From a virus (Duplodnaviria; Caudoviricetes): DNA of 55,923 nt. Positions 19,036-29,200 of the stretch are shown here, one piece after another. The stretch spans positions 1 to 55,923 of IMG/VR virus record IMGVR_UViG_3300035050_000030. One strand, given 5' to 3'. Made by a program: the position numbers and the translations under genes. Every line of letters starts with the position of its first letter. The first letter of the stretch is position 1. A model generated the notes under the pieces. That model did no database searches and had not been told where the DNA came from. It saw only the letters and a program-made list of their open reading frames with translations.

Positions 19036-19456
19036 AGCCATCCAGGGCATTGATACTATAAAGAGGCAAAAACTTGACGAAGCGAAGCAGGGCTATACTG
19101 CTATGTGCGCCGGGAGCTGCCCGGATACCGGGGCGCAGATATATGTGGACTGTACTGTAAATGGGCAGACCTTCCGCATGAACGCCGGGAGAATAGCTGC
19201 CGAGACGTTGGACAGCGGCGTTCGCTTCGCAGAGCGCAGCGGTGCGACTACCACGACTATTGTGGATTTTTACGATAATCAACACCATGACATTCCACTA
19301 GAGGTAGCCCAGCAGGTAAATATGCAGCAGGCTCAGGATGCACAGGAGCATTACTTTGCCTATCAGCGGATGAAGGAGCAGATACGGGCAGCAAACTCGC
19401 CCACAGAGGTGCGAGAGGTAAACTTGACGTTCAATGTTAAGGCAGAGCCTAAGTAA
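19025..19456 (+). CDS. Tail-fibre assembly-like protein (DUF4376-like)
   Basis: Position after fibre; DFYDNQHH and C-terminal KEQIRAANSPTEV patterns. Confidence 0.6.
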   Translation: MQLKAIQGIDTIKRQKLDEAKQGYTAMCAGSCPDTGAQIYVDCTVNGQTFRMNAGRIAAETLDSGVRFAERSGATTTTIVDFYDNQHHDIPLEVAQQVNMQQAQDAQEHYFAYQRMKEQIRAANSPTEVREVNLTFNVKAEPK

Positions 19457-19479
19457 CCATGCATAATCAACCACTTACC

Positions 19480-19508
19480 TTGTAAAACTGCCGTATTTGC
19501 GGTATATT
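19480..19508 (+). promoter_or_regulatory. Sigma70-like promoter
   Basis: TTGTAA-N17-TATATT. Confidence 0.6.
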
Positions 19509-19514
19509 GTAAGA

Positions 19515-19585
19515 AATAAACACAGGACACCTTCAACAAGGCCCTGCTGTGCTTTCTCCTTCGGGACTGCATGGCAGGGTTTTTT
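19515..19585 (+). ncRNA. Candidate sRNA or attenuator leader
   Basis: Long stem CCCTGCTGTGC/GCATGGCAGGG with inner C-TTCG-G loop and T-run. Confidence 0.4.
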
Positions 19586-19597
19586 ATTAGGAGCAAA

Positions 19598-19981
19598 ATG
19601 CGCAGCATAAGCCTCAGAAATGACTGGCCCTTTATCCGTGAAGGTTTAGAGCAGATTCAAGCCAAGAGCGATCCGCTCGACTGGATACCTGAAGACTATT
19701 ACATGCTCCTAAAGCAAAGGGTGATGGATGGGTATGTTTGGGAGGACACGGGATTTATCCTCTTTCGGGAGGTGGATAACCCATTCACGCTGGAGCGCGG
19801 TATATTCGTCATGGCGGCGTGGAGCCACAACAAGAAGGGCTCGCGTCAGGCATGGAAAGACTTTGAACAACAGGCGCAGGGCTGCGCATACAAATTCATC
19901 GAAATGGATAGCACAAGGAGCGGATGGGAGCGCTACGATAACTGGCAACCCGTACGCACCGTATACAGAAAGGAGCTCTAA
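19598..19981 (+). CDS. GNAT-like protein preceding the ejection genes
   Basis: AGGAG RBS; STRSGWER motif; usual podovirus position. Confidence 0.6.
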   Translation: MRSISLRNDWPFIREGLEQIQAKSDPLDWIPEDYYMLLKQRVMDGYVWEDTGFILFREVDNPFTLERGIFVMAAWSHNKKGSRQAWKDFEQQAQGCAYKFIEMDSTRSGWERYDNWQPVRTVYRKEL

Positions 19982-19982
19982 C

Positions 19983-20564
19983 ATGGGCGGAGGTGGCGGC
20001 GGTGACGTCGATCCCAAAGAAACAGCACAGGAGCGCGAACTTGCGGCAATCAGCAAGGAACAGGTAGACCGCTGGTGGAACGTAGGAAGGCCGGCACAAA
20101 TGCAGTGGGTTGAGGATGGGCAGGTAACTGGCGCAGACCGCAGTCTTATGCGCGGAGAAGTTGGTGCGAATGTCCATCAGCAGACGCAAGGTCTACGCCA
20201 GGGGCTTCAGGAGCAACAGCAGAAGCGCGGTGTTTCCCCCACTGGTGGTAACGCCATCATGGGCAAAAGCTCCCTCGAAAACGATGCAACCGGCAGGATT
20301 GGCAGCAGTGCCCAGGCAGCAGGCCAGCACGCCATGACAAACAAGAACCTTGGTCATCTGATGAATGTCACATCTGTAATGCGCGGTGAAGGTGTAGACG
20401 CCCAGCAGGGGCTTACTTCGCTTGCCAAGACAGCCACAGAGGACAGTATCAAGGACGCCAAGGTCAACTACTACGATAACAGAAAAGAAGGATCAACCGT
20501 CGGTGCAGCGGTAGGCATGGGGCTTAGCGGCCTCAATAACTATTGGGACGACGAGAAAGGATAG
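19983..20564 (+). CDS. Putative internal virion (ejection) protein
   Basis: MGGGGGG N-terminus, G/A/Q-rich; AAGGAG RBS. Confidence 0.65.
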   Translation: MGGGGGGDVDPKETAQERELAAISKEQVDRWWNVGRPAQMQWVEDGQVTGADRSLMRGEVGANVHQQTQGLRQGLQEQQQKRGVSPTGGNAIMGKSSLENDATGRIGSSAQAAGQHAMTNKNLGHLMNVTSVMRGEGVDAQQGLTSLAKTATEDSIKDAKVNYYDNRKEGSTVGAAVGMGLSGLNNYWDDEKG

Positions 20565-20567
20565 GTT

Positions 20568-21116
20568 ATGCCAGGATTGACAGGATACTATCCGGGATTG
20601 CGATACCCTTACTATACCGAGGCGGAACCGGTAACGGCAAACACCTCAATCAGCAATAGCCTACAGCTGGCGGCAGATGCGGGGCGCAACTTTGTGCCTG
20701 GCCTGACTCCGGCAGCAACGGGGTACAAGGAAACCGAAGAAGCAACCAATACCCTAGCCCAGCTCACCCGCGACCAGTGGGAATATTACAAGCAAGTCGG
20801 TGTTCCGCTCGAAAACACCCTGTACGAATCTTACCGAAATGAAGGATTGTGGGGCGATGCAGTACAGAATGCAACGGATGTAACCGATTCGCAGTTTGCC
20901 GCCGCAAATGGAAACCTTCAGCGCCAGCAGGCCAGGTACGGTGTGGGCTTAAACAACCGACAACAGCAAGCGTCACAGCGCGGCATGGGGCTATCCAAGG
21001 CGGCTGCAATGGTCGCAAACCGCAACGATGCACGCAAGATGATGGCAGAAACCGATAACGCGGTTATGACCGGCGGAAATACGCAGTCAGTAACCCTTAA
21101 ATCGCTTATGGGGTAA
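20568..21116 (+). CDS. Putative internal virion protein
   Basis: A/Q-rich helical protein in the ejection cluster. Confidence 0.6.
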   Translation: MPGLTGYYPGLRYPYYTEAEPVTANTSISNSLQLAADAGRNFVPGLTPAATGYKETEEATNTLAQLTRDQWEYYKQVGVPLENTLYESYRNEGLWGDAVQNATDVTDSQFAAANGNLQRQQARYGVGLNNRQQQASQRGMGLSKAAAMVANRNDARKMMAETDNAVMTGGNTQSVTLKSLMG

Positions 21117-21120
21117 CGAT

Positions 21121-21744
21121 ATGGCAAGAGGACTTTTAGGCTTAGGTCAGAGCTATCAAAGCATGGGGCAAAGCGGTCTACAGGCAGCGTCTAGGATGCA
21201 GACAGAGCGCGAACGTCAGGGTGAGATGCTCGAAGCGCAGCAGGAGGCTGAAGAAGCACAAGCGCGTGGACAGATTGCCGGGACCATAGGCTCGGTGGCT
21301 GGCAAAAATTCAGACAAGATTGTTGGGATGTTCTCTGGCGGTGGTGAGGCTGTCACCGGGTCAGGGCTTCAGCTGGCCGCTGACACGACCGCCGCAAAAA
21401 CTGCAGGGATGGCTGTAGAGGCAGGAACCGGAGCAACGGCAAATGCAGCAGGTTTAGCAGCAGGGTCAACTGCCATTGAGGCAGGCACTGGAGCCGTGGC
21501 GAACCAGGCCGCTTCGCAGGTTGGTTCGCAACTCGCAACCCAGGCAGCAACCCAGGGGGCAATTCAGGCCGGGACCGGAGCCGTCGCAGGCACGGCAAGC
21601 GGAGCGGCAGGAGGTGCAGCCGGGGCAGCTGGAGGTGCAGCCGGTGGAGCGGCCACGGGTGCGGCTGCCGGGTCGGTAGTCCCTATTGTGGGCACAGTAA
21701 TTGGAGCTGCGGCAGGCGCACTTCTAAGTGGCCTGTTTGACTAG
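21121..21744 (+). CDS. Putative membrane-inserting ejection protein
   Basis: Glycine-zipper C-terminus VVPIVGTVIGAAAGALLSGLF. Confidence 0.65.
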   Translation: MARGLLGLGQSYQSMGQSGLQAASRMQTERERQGEMLEAQQEAEEAQARGQIAGTIGSVAGKNSDKIVGMFSGGGEAVTGSGLQLAADTTAAKTAGMAVEAGTGATANAAGLAAGSTAIEAGTGAVANQAASQVGSQLATQAATQGAIQAGTGAVAGTASGAAGGAAGAAGGAAGGAATGAAAGSVVPIVGTVIGAAAGALLSGLFD

Positions 21745-21752
21745 GAGGGGAT

Positions 21753-23186
21753 ATGAGCATACAGGGATTCGCCGGTGGCTTAATGCAGGGCTACGATTTC
21801 ATGGAAGATCAGTATGACCGCAGAGACCGCAGGCAGAGATTAGATCGTCAGGAATCACGCGCGGAAAGCCGCGAAGCTCGTGCCCAGGATCAGTACGAGA
21901 CAAACAAGAGCCTTGCGCTTGAGCAAAGGGAATGGGCGGAAAAGCAGCGCAAGGATCAAGAGCGTTTGAATATGATTCGTTCGGCGCAATACAAGGTGCA
22001 AAACGGGATACCCTTGTCGGCCGAAGAACAGGAAACATTAAACGTGCAAATGCAGGATCCCAAGACACAAGCAATCCTGCAAAACATTCAGAAGAACCCC
22101 AAAAAAGCCAACCAACAAGCGAGAAACATTAAGCTTGCCATTGAGGGTAAAGCTGATCTGAATAAAGCCATCGAGGATGGTAACGAGCTGTTAAAGCCGT
22201 TTATACAGCAGGGGGCAGGAAAGAATAAGCGCATTGATGGAATCACCCCCGTTGGCAGAAAAGTCTACGCAAAACTGAGTTACGAAGATGAGGATTACGG
22301 CACTCCGATAAAGGATGCGCCACTGACAACCAACCGTAGCAAGAATGATTACCTGGTGCGCGACCTCGATCTTGGCAGGCTCTACACGGCGGCTGACTAC
22401 CTCGACCAGCTATCTGCTATGGCTATCCAGCTTGGCGACACTGCGCCACTGGAAAGGCAAGCCAAGCAGGAGCAGGCGCAGCGCGAAATGGGCCTGAAAG
22501 TTTTGGAGCGCGGCTGGGACCGTGAGGATTCCCTGGCTGAGCACCAATACAAAATGGAGCTGGAACGCTTAAAAGGAAGTTTCAAGCTCCAACAGGAAGC
22601 CATGAAGAGGGCAGAGCAGGGCCTTGGCGAAACTCCGGGATATATTAAGCAGGCGTTCACTGAGCCGGTGCTGGATGAAGAAGGCAACCCGGTTATGCAG
22701 CTGGATAAGAACGGCAATGAAGTTCCGGCCGTTCGTACCAACCAGGCAGCCATGGCAGAGCTTGCCGACTTTGCCCTGCAACGAGGACATCGTAATTGGG
22801 ACGACGCCTACCGTGAGTTCGTACAGGTAAAACAACAGCAGGCGCAACAGCGGCAAGCAGAGATACGCGCAAAGCAGGCGCAAGAGCAGGCGCAGAAGAA
22901 GGTAGCGAATACCGAGCAGCTAATTCAGGGTGGTGACATTCAGGCGGCTAAGCAAATACTTGCAGAGTACCAGCAGAAAACCCCGGAAGTGTATCAGTTC
23001 ATCATGGAGAACCTTTCCGAAGAGAGCCGGAAGGCTCTGCAGCAACCCGAGCAGGCGCAGCCGGAAAAAGAGTACACCCTGGGCAAAGGTATGCAGGACG
23101 CGAAGGCAAACATCGGCAGAGCAGGTCAGAAGGCAGCCGGACTCAGTGAATGGATGGACAGCCTTAACTTTAACTGGAAAAAATAA
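21753..23186 (+). CDS. Putative internal virion protein
   Basis: GFAGGLMQGY N-terminus; long Q/E/R coiled coils. Confidence 0.6.
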   Translation: MSIQGFAGGLMQGYDFMEDQYDRRDRRQRLDRQESRAESREARAQDQYETNKSLALEQREWAEKQRKDQERLNMIRSAQYKVQNGIPLSAEEQETLNVQMQDPKTQAILQNIQKNPKKANQQARNIKLAIEGKADLNKAIEDGNELLKPFIQQGAGKNKRIDGITPVGRKVYAKLSYEDEDYGTPIKDAPLTTNRSKNDYLVRDLDLGRLYTAADYLDQLSAMAIQLGDTAPLERQAKQEQAQREMGLKVLERGWDREDSLAEHQYKMELERLKGSFKLQQEAMKRAEQGLGETPGYIKQAFTEPVLDEEGNPVMQLDKNGNEVPAVRTNQAAMAELADFALQRGHRNWDDAYREFVQVKQQQAQQRQAEIRAKQAQEQAQKKVANTEQLIQGGDIQAAKQILAEYQQKTPEVYQFIMENLSEESRKALQQPEQAQPEKEYTLGKGMQDAKANIGRAGQKAAGLSEWMDSLNFNWKK

Positions 23187-23206
23187 CCTGCGCGAAGGAG
23201 TGAGAT

Positions 23207-26200
23207 TTGGCTGAAAAACAAATTGATTGGGAATCGTTCGGGCGGCAGCTCGAAGAAGCCGACAAAATAGAGGAAAGCGTTTACGGTAATCTGGCAGAAC
23301 AGCGCAGACAACAGACTGACCACTTCGGGGATACCGTAACCGATGTACAGGCAGGTGTATTAGGTGCCGGGCGCGGACTTGTCGGTTTGGCTGATCTTGT
23401 GACCCCCGGACAGCTTGGCAAGGTGGTAGACGAATACACTCCGCTGGATGAATGGGAGGAGCAGGTTGAAAGCCAGTATTCCCCCGCACGTCAGCAGGCC
23501 CAGGCGGACTTTGCCAACGCAGAAGGGATCACCGGCAAGATCGGTGAGATCGTCAAAAACCCCTCGCTTGCCACGTCTGCCGCCATTCAATCTGCACCGT
23601 CGATGCTTGCCGGTGGTGGGGTAGCCAGAGCCGGGGCGAGCCTGTTAAGTAGAGGGACCAAATATCTGCCAAAGGCGGCTGATTACCTGTCCAAACTTAA
23701 AGGGGTGTCTAAGGCCAAGGGAGCCCTGGGGAAAAACGCCGGGGCTATCACGCGCGGTGCTGTCGGTGAGGGGCTTATATCCGCAGGGCAGCAGGCGGAA
23801 GATATACGCAGTCAGACCGACACAGGAGAGACAAGCGCGACTCAGGATATTATCGCAGCCGTTACGGGCGCAGGAACAGCGGCCTTTGGTGCATTAGGCG
23901 GGCGCGTAGCACAGAAGCTAGGTCTTGCCGACCCTGACATTCTTGCAGCGGGTGGCGATGTAGTAGGCGCGGCCGTCAAAAAAGGCATGCCGCGCCGTGC
24001 TGCAGAAACCGCCTTTGTGGAAGGTATTTTCGAGGAACTTCCGCAATCAGCGCAGGAACAGATGTTGAACAACATCGCCCTTGACCGACCTGTTACAGAA
24101 GGCCTAGAAGATGCCGTAGTAATGGGCGCGGCTGCCGGTGGTGTTATGGGCGGTGCTACCGGGATGGTGTTTGGTGGCGGAAAGTCCGGCGACGGCTTTA
24201 CCATAGCGGACGACCCCAAGAACCCCGCAGAAACAAAGGTTCAGCCCGAACAATCCGAAGCCGAAAAGCAATGGGAAAGTGCCTGGGAAGGTGTAGCCGC
24301 ACAGGAGGACGAAAACCAGAAGCGTGCGCGCGTAAAGGATAGCCAGTTTGGCGACGAAATCCCCGGCGAAAACATTATGCAGGTAACCCAACGCCAGGGT
24401 TTAGGGCTTGGCCCCTTGACTGCGCCAGGTAGACTTCTCCCGTATCAGGAGCAGGCAACGCCGGAAGTGCCCCCGGAGCAGGCAAGCGAGCCAATGCCCA
24501 TGAGCATGTCGCCGGAAATGTTTGAACAGACGGGTCGTATGCTTCCCTACAGCTACCGCGACAACATGTCCCCAGAACAGCAGACAGAGCGCACCAACAT
24601 CGCTCTGAGCGAAAGAGACCGCCAACAGCAAAGCCTTACCCGTGAGCAGTTTGCCGAAGCGCAGAAGCGGGTGAGTCAGGTTGACAACTACGCGCAGATG
24701 CGTGAAAACACCATGCGCGATATCCGCAACCTTGAGCGCAAGAAAGACCTGAACAAGTCACAGCGCAACCGCCTGAACAAACTGAGAGAACGCTTCGACC
24801 GTCTCACCCGCGTAGCCCCGGAGAAGCGCACCAACGCCGATAAGGTGACAAGGGAGGGCAACAGGGAGTTTATTCCGGTGATGAAGCGTAAAGAATACCG
24901 CGATGTTCTTCCGGAGTACGTGCGCCAGAACGTTCTCACAAAAGACGAAATGGGTATGGGCACCGTGGTTGACGCCGATGTGCGCGGTCATGCCGGTAAA
25001 CGCACCCCATCAACCAACGCAGCATGGGCACAGGACGCCATCGGTGTAGCTGGATCGGCCAAGGCTTTGCGCAACGCGGTGAATAAAGCTGCCATGGGCG
25101 AACCCCTGGGCGAGAACCAGCGCATAGCCGTAGAGATAGTAGCCGACGCATACAGCCGCGAACGGGTAGCAGCAGGACTTGAAGAAGCAAAACAGCGCCG
25201 CATTGACACACAGAACAATACCCGTATGCTTAAAGCCGCAGAGGGTAAACCGTCAAGCCAGTTCCTCGAAATGGACGAGCAGGAAAGCGCCATTTACGCG
25301 GAGTTTGACGACGAAGCCAAGACCTTGCACGAACTCACCGCGCAGGCATACGATTTAGCAGATGAAAACAGTGTAGATGCCCTGCTAGAATCCGACCTTA
25401 GCGACGGGGAGATCGCCGCAGAACTCTATAACCTGATTGAAAGGAAAACCGATGGGCGACAAAGCCAAGCAGGTGAAACAGTTGATAGACCGGCAGAGAC
25501 AGCGCAAGGGCTTGAAGCAGGGACCGCAGAACGGAACCGGCCCGAAAGCACAGAAGGGGATGTGCGACAAGAAGTAGACCCGGATCAATTTCCTGACGCC
25601 ACGAAAATGATCGAAACGGAACAGGCAACCGAAGCGACTGCACAGCCCACGGCTGACGTAGCAATCGAGGCAGGGCAGGGTCAGCGTAGCGAATCTGCCG
25701 CACCCGACTTTGAGGAAATGGTAAAGGAAGCCGCTCGCTGGAGAGGGGCAGCTCTGAACCATGCCTCCAATCTTGACAAAAAAGGCAAGTTCAAGGTATC
25801 GCAGCGCACTACCAAGGGCGACCTGGACGAATACCTGATGCGCAGGTACGGCATTGACGAAACAGCCGCAAGGGACGTTTCCAATGCGCTTACACAGCGT
25901 AACGTAGAGGATGATAGGACCGCAGACCCGGCAGACTATGAGGGTGAGGCGTGGCAGCAAGTTGGCAAGCCTGTTGCATCTCAGCCACAAGACACAGCTC
26001 CCGTAGCTCCTGACGAAAACCCCGCGCAAGCCGACCTCCCCGCAGAACGCATAAAGTTTGTCGAGCGCAAGGTGGACGAACTCGGCAGCATCGAGGCGGT
26101 AGATAAGAAAGAAGCGTTCCAGAAGGCGGATGAGGGCGAAACCCCGCAACAGGACGCGAAGGGCAACGAGGATTCAGCGCCCGAAGATACCAGCGTAAGC

Positions 26201-29200
26201 GGAGAAGATAACGCACAGACGCTACGACAGGGTGACGGTGAAGCGGTGAATATCGGTGTAGCATACAACCGCCTCATGTCACGCGGAGATATTACCGCCG
26301 AGGAAGGCAAGCGGGTAAATGAATACTTTTCCGGCACAAAAGGCATGGAACGACTTGAAAACCTGGATGGCACCAAACCTGTTAGCGATTTGATGAATGA
26401 GATCAAAGAGGGTGCGCTGGGCAAGAATAAGCCGGAGAAGGACACGCCGGGAAAAACGACCAGGGAGCCCAAAACAAACACCGATAAAAAAGAATCCTCC
26501 GACGCAAAAGGCGCAGAAATAGACGACTTCGGGGAAAAGCTCGAAGGCGCACGCAAGGATATGGGGAACTTCACCACCTCCGAACTTGAGTCCGATAGTG
26601 ATATTGCCGCCTCAACACTGAGCAAAATATGGCCGAAGGCTGAAGTAGACAGGCTGGACGATCCCCAGCAGGCCGCGTTTGCGACCGTACTGCGCGGGAT
26701 GATCCCCAGCAAGCCGCGCAAGAGATTTGCGCTCGCCCGATGGGTTGACTCCGTAAAGACCGCAAAAACCCTCATGGAGCAGTTGGAAAGCAAGGGGTTC
26801 GACGCAGCGTTAAGTCGGATGCGCTCACCAGAGTATCCAGGCCTTGGGGTGTTGGCAGACCATATAGAAGTTATGGCAAAACTGCCGCGTGAATCATGGG
26901 GCAGGATTGACAAGATTGAGGTGCGGCCCAACGCGTACCACCTGGACAAAGACGGCAAGGAAGTCCCCGCACCATTCTCCATGGCGAGGATAGACGGGCG
27001 CAACCATCACTTTGATAGCGTTGTTGAACTGGACGCTGTGGCGGAAAATATAAACGCCCTGCTTACCGAACAACCGCAAGGCACTAGCGATGCAGGCAAA
27101 TTTGAGATTCGCACCCAGGGTGGGCGCTACTTTATCAACCGTAAAGGTGACGGCGAGTACCGCACCCTTGTCAGCTTCGACACTTTCAAAGAGGCAAAGG
27201 ACTTTCGCAAAAACGAAACCGCGAAACTTGCCGAACTGTGGGAGGCGGTCAAAGAGCGTGACAATGTAAAGAAAACCGACGTGCGCCGCAAGGAAAACCG
27301 ACCCCGCACCGGCACCGACCGGCGCAAAGGGCAGGATGTAACCGCTGAACAGTTTGAACAGGCATTTGGCTTCCGTGGGGTGCAGTTCGGTAACTGGGTA
27401 AAGCAAGGTAAGGCCGGAAGGGATCGACAGGGGATGCTCAACCAGGCATATGATGCCCTGCACGATCTGGCCGATATTGTGGGAATCCCGAGCAACGCAA
27501 TATCGTTGAACGGTGAACTAGGCCTTGCGTTCGGAGCACGTGGTAGCGGTAACGCGGCAGCACATTATGAGCCCGGCACTATTGTTATCAACCTGACCAA
27601 GACCAAGGGCGCGGGTTCACTGGCGCACGAATGGTTCCATGCGCTCGACCATTACTTCAGCAGGAAACGCACAGGCGATACCAGCCCGGCAAGCAGAGAA
27701 GAATCATTCATCACCTACAAACCGGAACGCCTGTATGTACTGAAAGACAATGGCAGGGGTTATCATCAGCCGCTAACCATGGCAGAAATCAAAAGACGCC
27801 ATGAAAGACACCCCACGTCCAAGCTGTACAACCCGGAAAACTGGCAGCTTGACCCGAACCACCCCGAAGGCGTGCGCCCTGAAGTTGAGGCGGCGTTTGC
27901 CGACCTGGTTAACCAGTTGAATGAATCCCCCATGAGCCAGCGTGCAAGGGTTTTAGACAAGGGTAAGGCCGATGGATATTGGGGCAGGATCATAGAGCGT
28001 GCGGCAAGAGCGTTTGAAAACTACGTCATTGATAAGATGATGAAGAACGGATACCGCAACGACTATCTTGCGAATGTAACCGAGTACAGCGAGTTTGCTC
28101 GAAATAAAGACCGCTACCCATATCTGAAGGGGGATGAACTGGAGCCGGTAGCCAATGCGTTTGATAACCTGTTTGGCACAATAGAAACGCGCGAGACCGA
28201 CCGGGGTGTGGAAATATTTGAAGGCCCGGAAACCTATGGTACAATTCAAGAAGGAGGTTCGAGCAATGACCAACTATCCTTCGACTTTAACGGAAAAGAT
28301 ACTAACAACCGAGATACCGCCGATGGGAACATACGACCCTCTGCCGGGGTATCGCTATTGTGGCGGAAGGGTTCGCTCCCGATCAAAAGGAGCATCGCGG
28401 CTGACCTTGAGGCGCGACTTGATACAATACAGACCGGCACATTCAAGAGCGGCATTACCCAAATAAACACCCCAAGTGATGCTGCTCACGTCCTTGCGCC
28501 GCTACGCAAAAGCGGTGTTGAGAAGTTCCATGTTCTTGTGCTCGACAAAGACAAGGCCCCCCGCGCGATTATCGACGTATCGACCGGCACGGTAAATTCT
28601 TCGCTTGTTCATCCTCGTGAAGTTGTTGGCCCTGCACTCGACATTCCGGGCGCAGCTTCAGTTTATTTCGGCCATAACCACCCATCAGGTGTGGCGGAGC
28701 CAAGCAGGGAGGACACGGCTATTACCGACAGGCTACAAGACCTGTTTAGCGGCACAGGGGTTGAGTATGCGGGGCATGTAATATTTGGAGAAAATGGCGA
28801 ATACCGCGCCCTTGGTGATGCAGCAAACCAAAAGGCAGCTCCTGGCGTAAGAAAAAGCGATGTGCCGGTGATGCAACGCAAGATTGTCCGTCGCTCTCAA
28901 GCAAGAGGCGTTACCGGCCCGGACGACGTTGCAAAGTATCTGCGCGGCAACGGGGTCCTCCTTCTTGACAGCAAAAACAAGCCGGTAGCCTGGGTAGAAA
29001 TGACCGATGCGGAAATGGGTAAATTGCGAACGGGCGGTACCGGCTCCGGTTCTGCTCTCCTTTCCCGCGCCGCCTCGCAGACCGGTGCAGCCGGGATAAT
29101 CGTATCATCCCAAGCCCCCAACGCATGGAAGAACGTAGCACGCTATGCCGACAAAGCAGGCATGCGCATGCTTGACGCTGTGGTTGAGGGGCAAGGCTCA

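Noticed and set aside
25981-27003. 340-aa minus-strand ORF
   Set aside because: Antisense shadow of the giant protein with Ser-rich composition and no motifs
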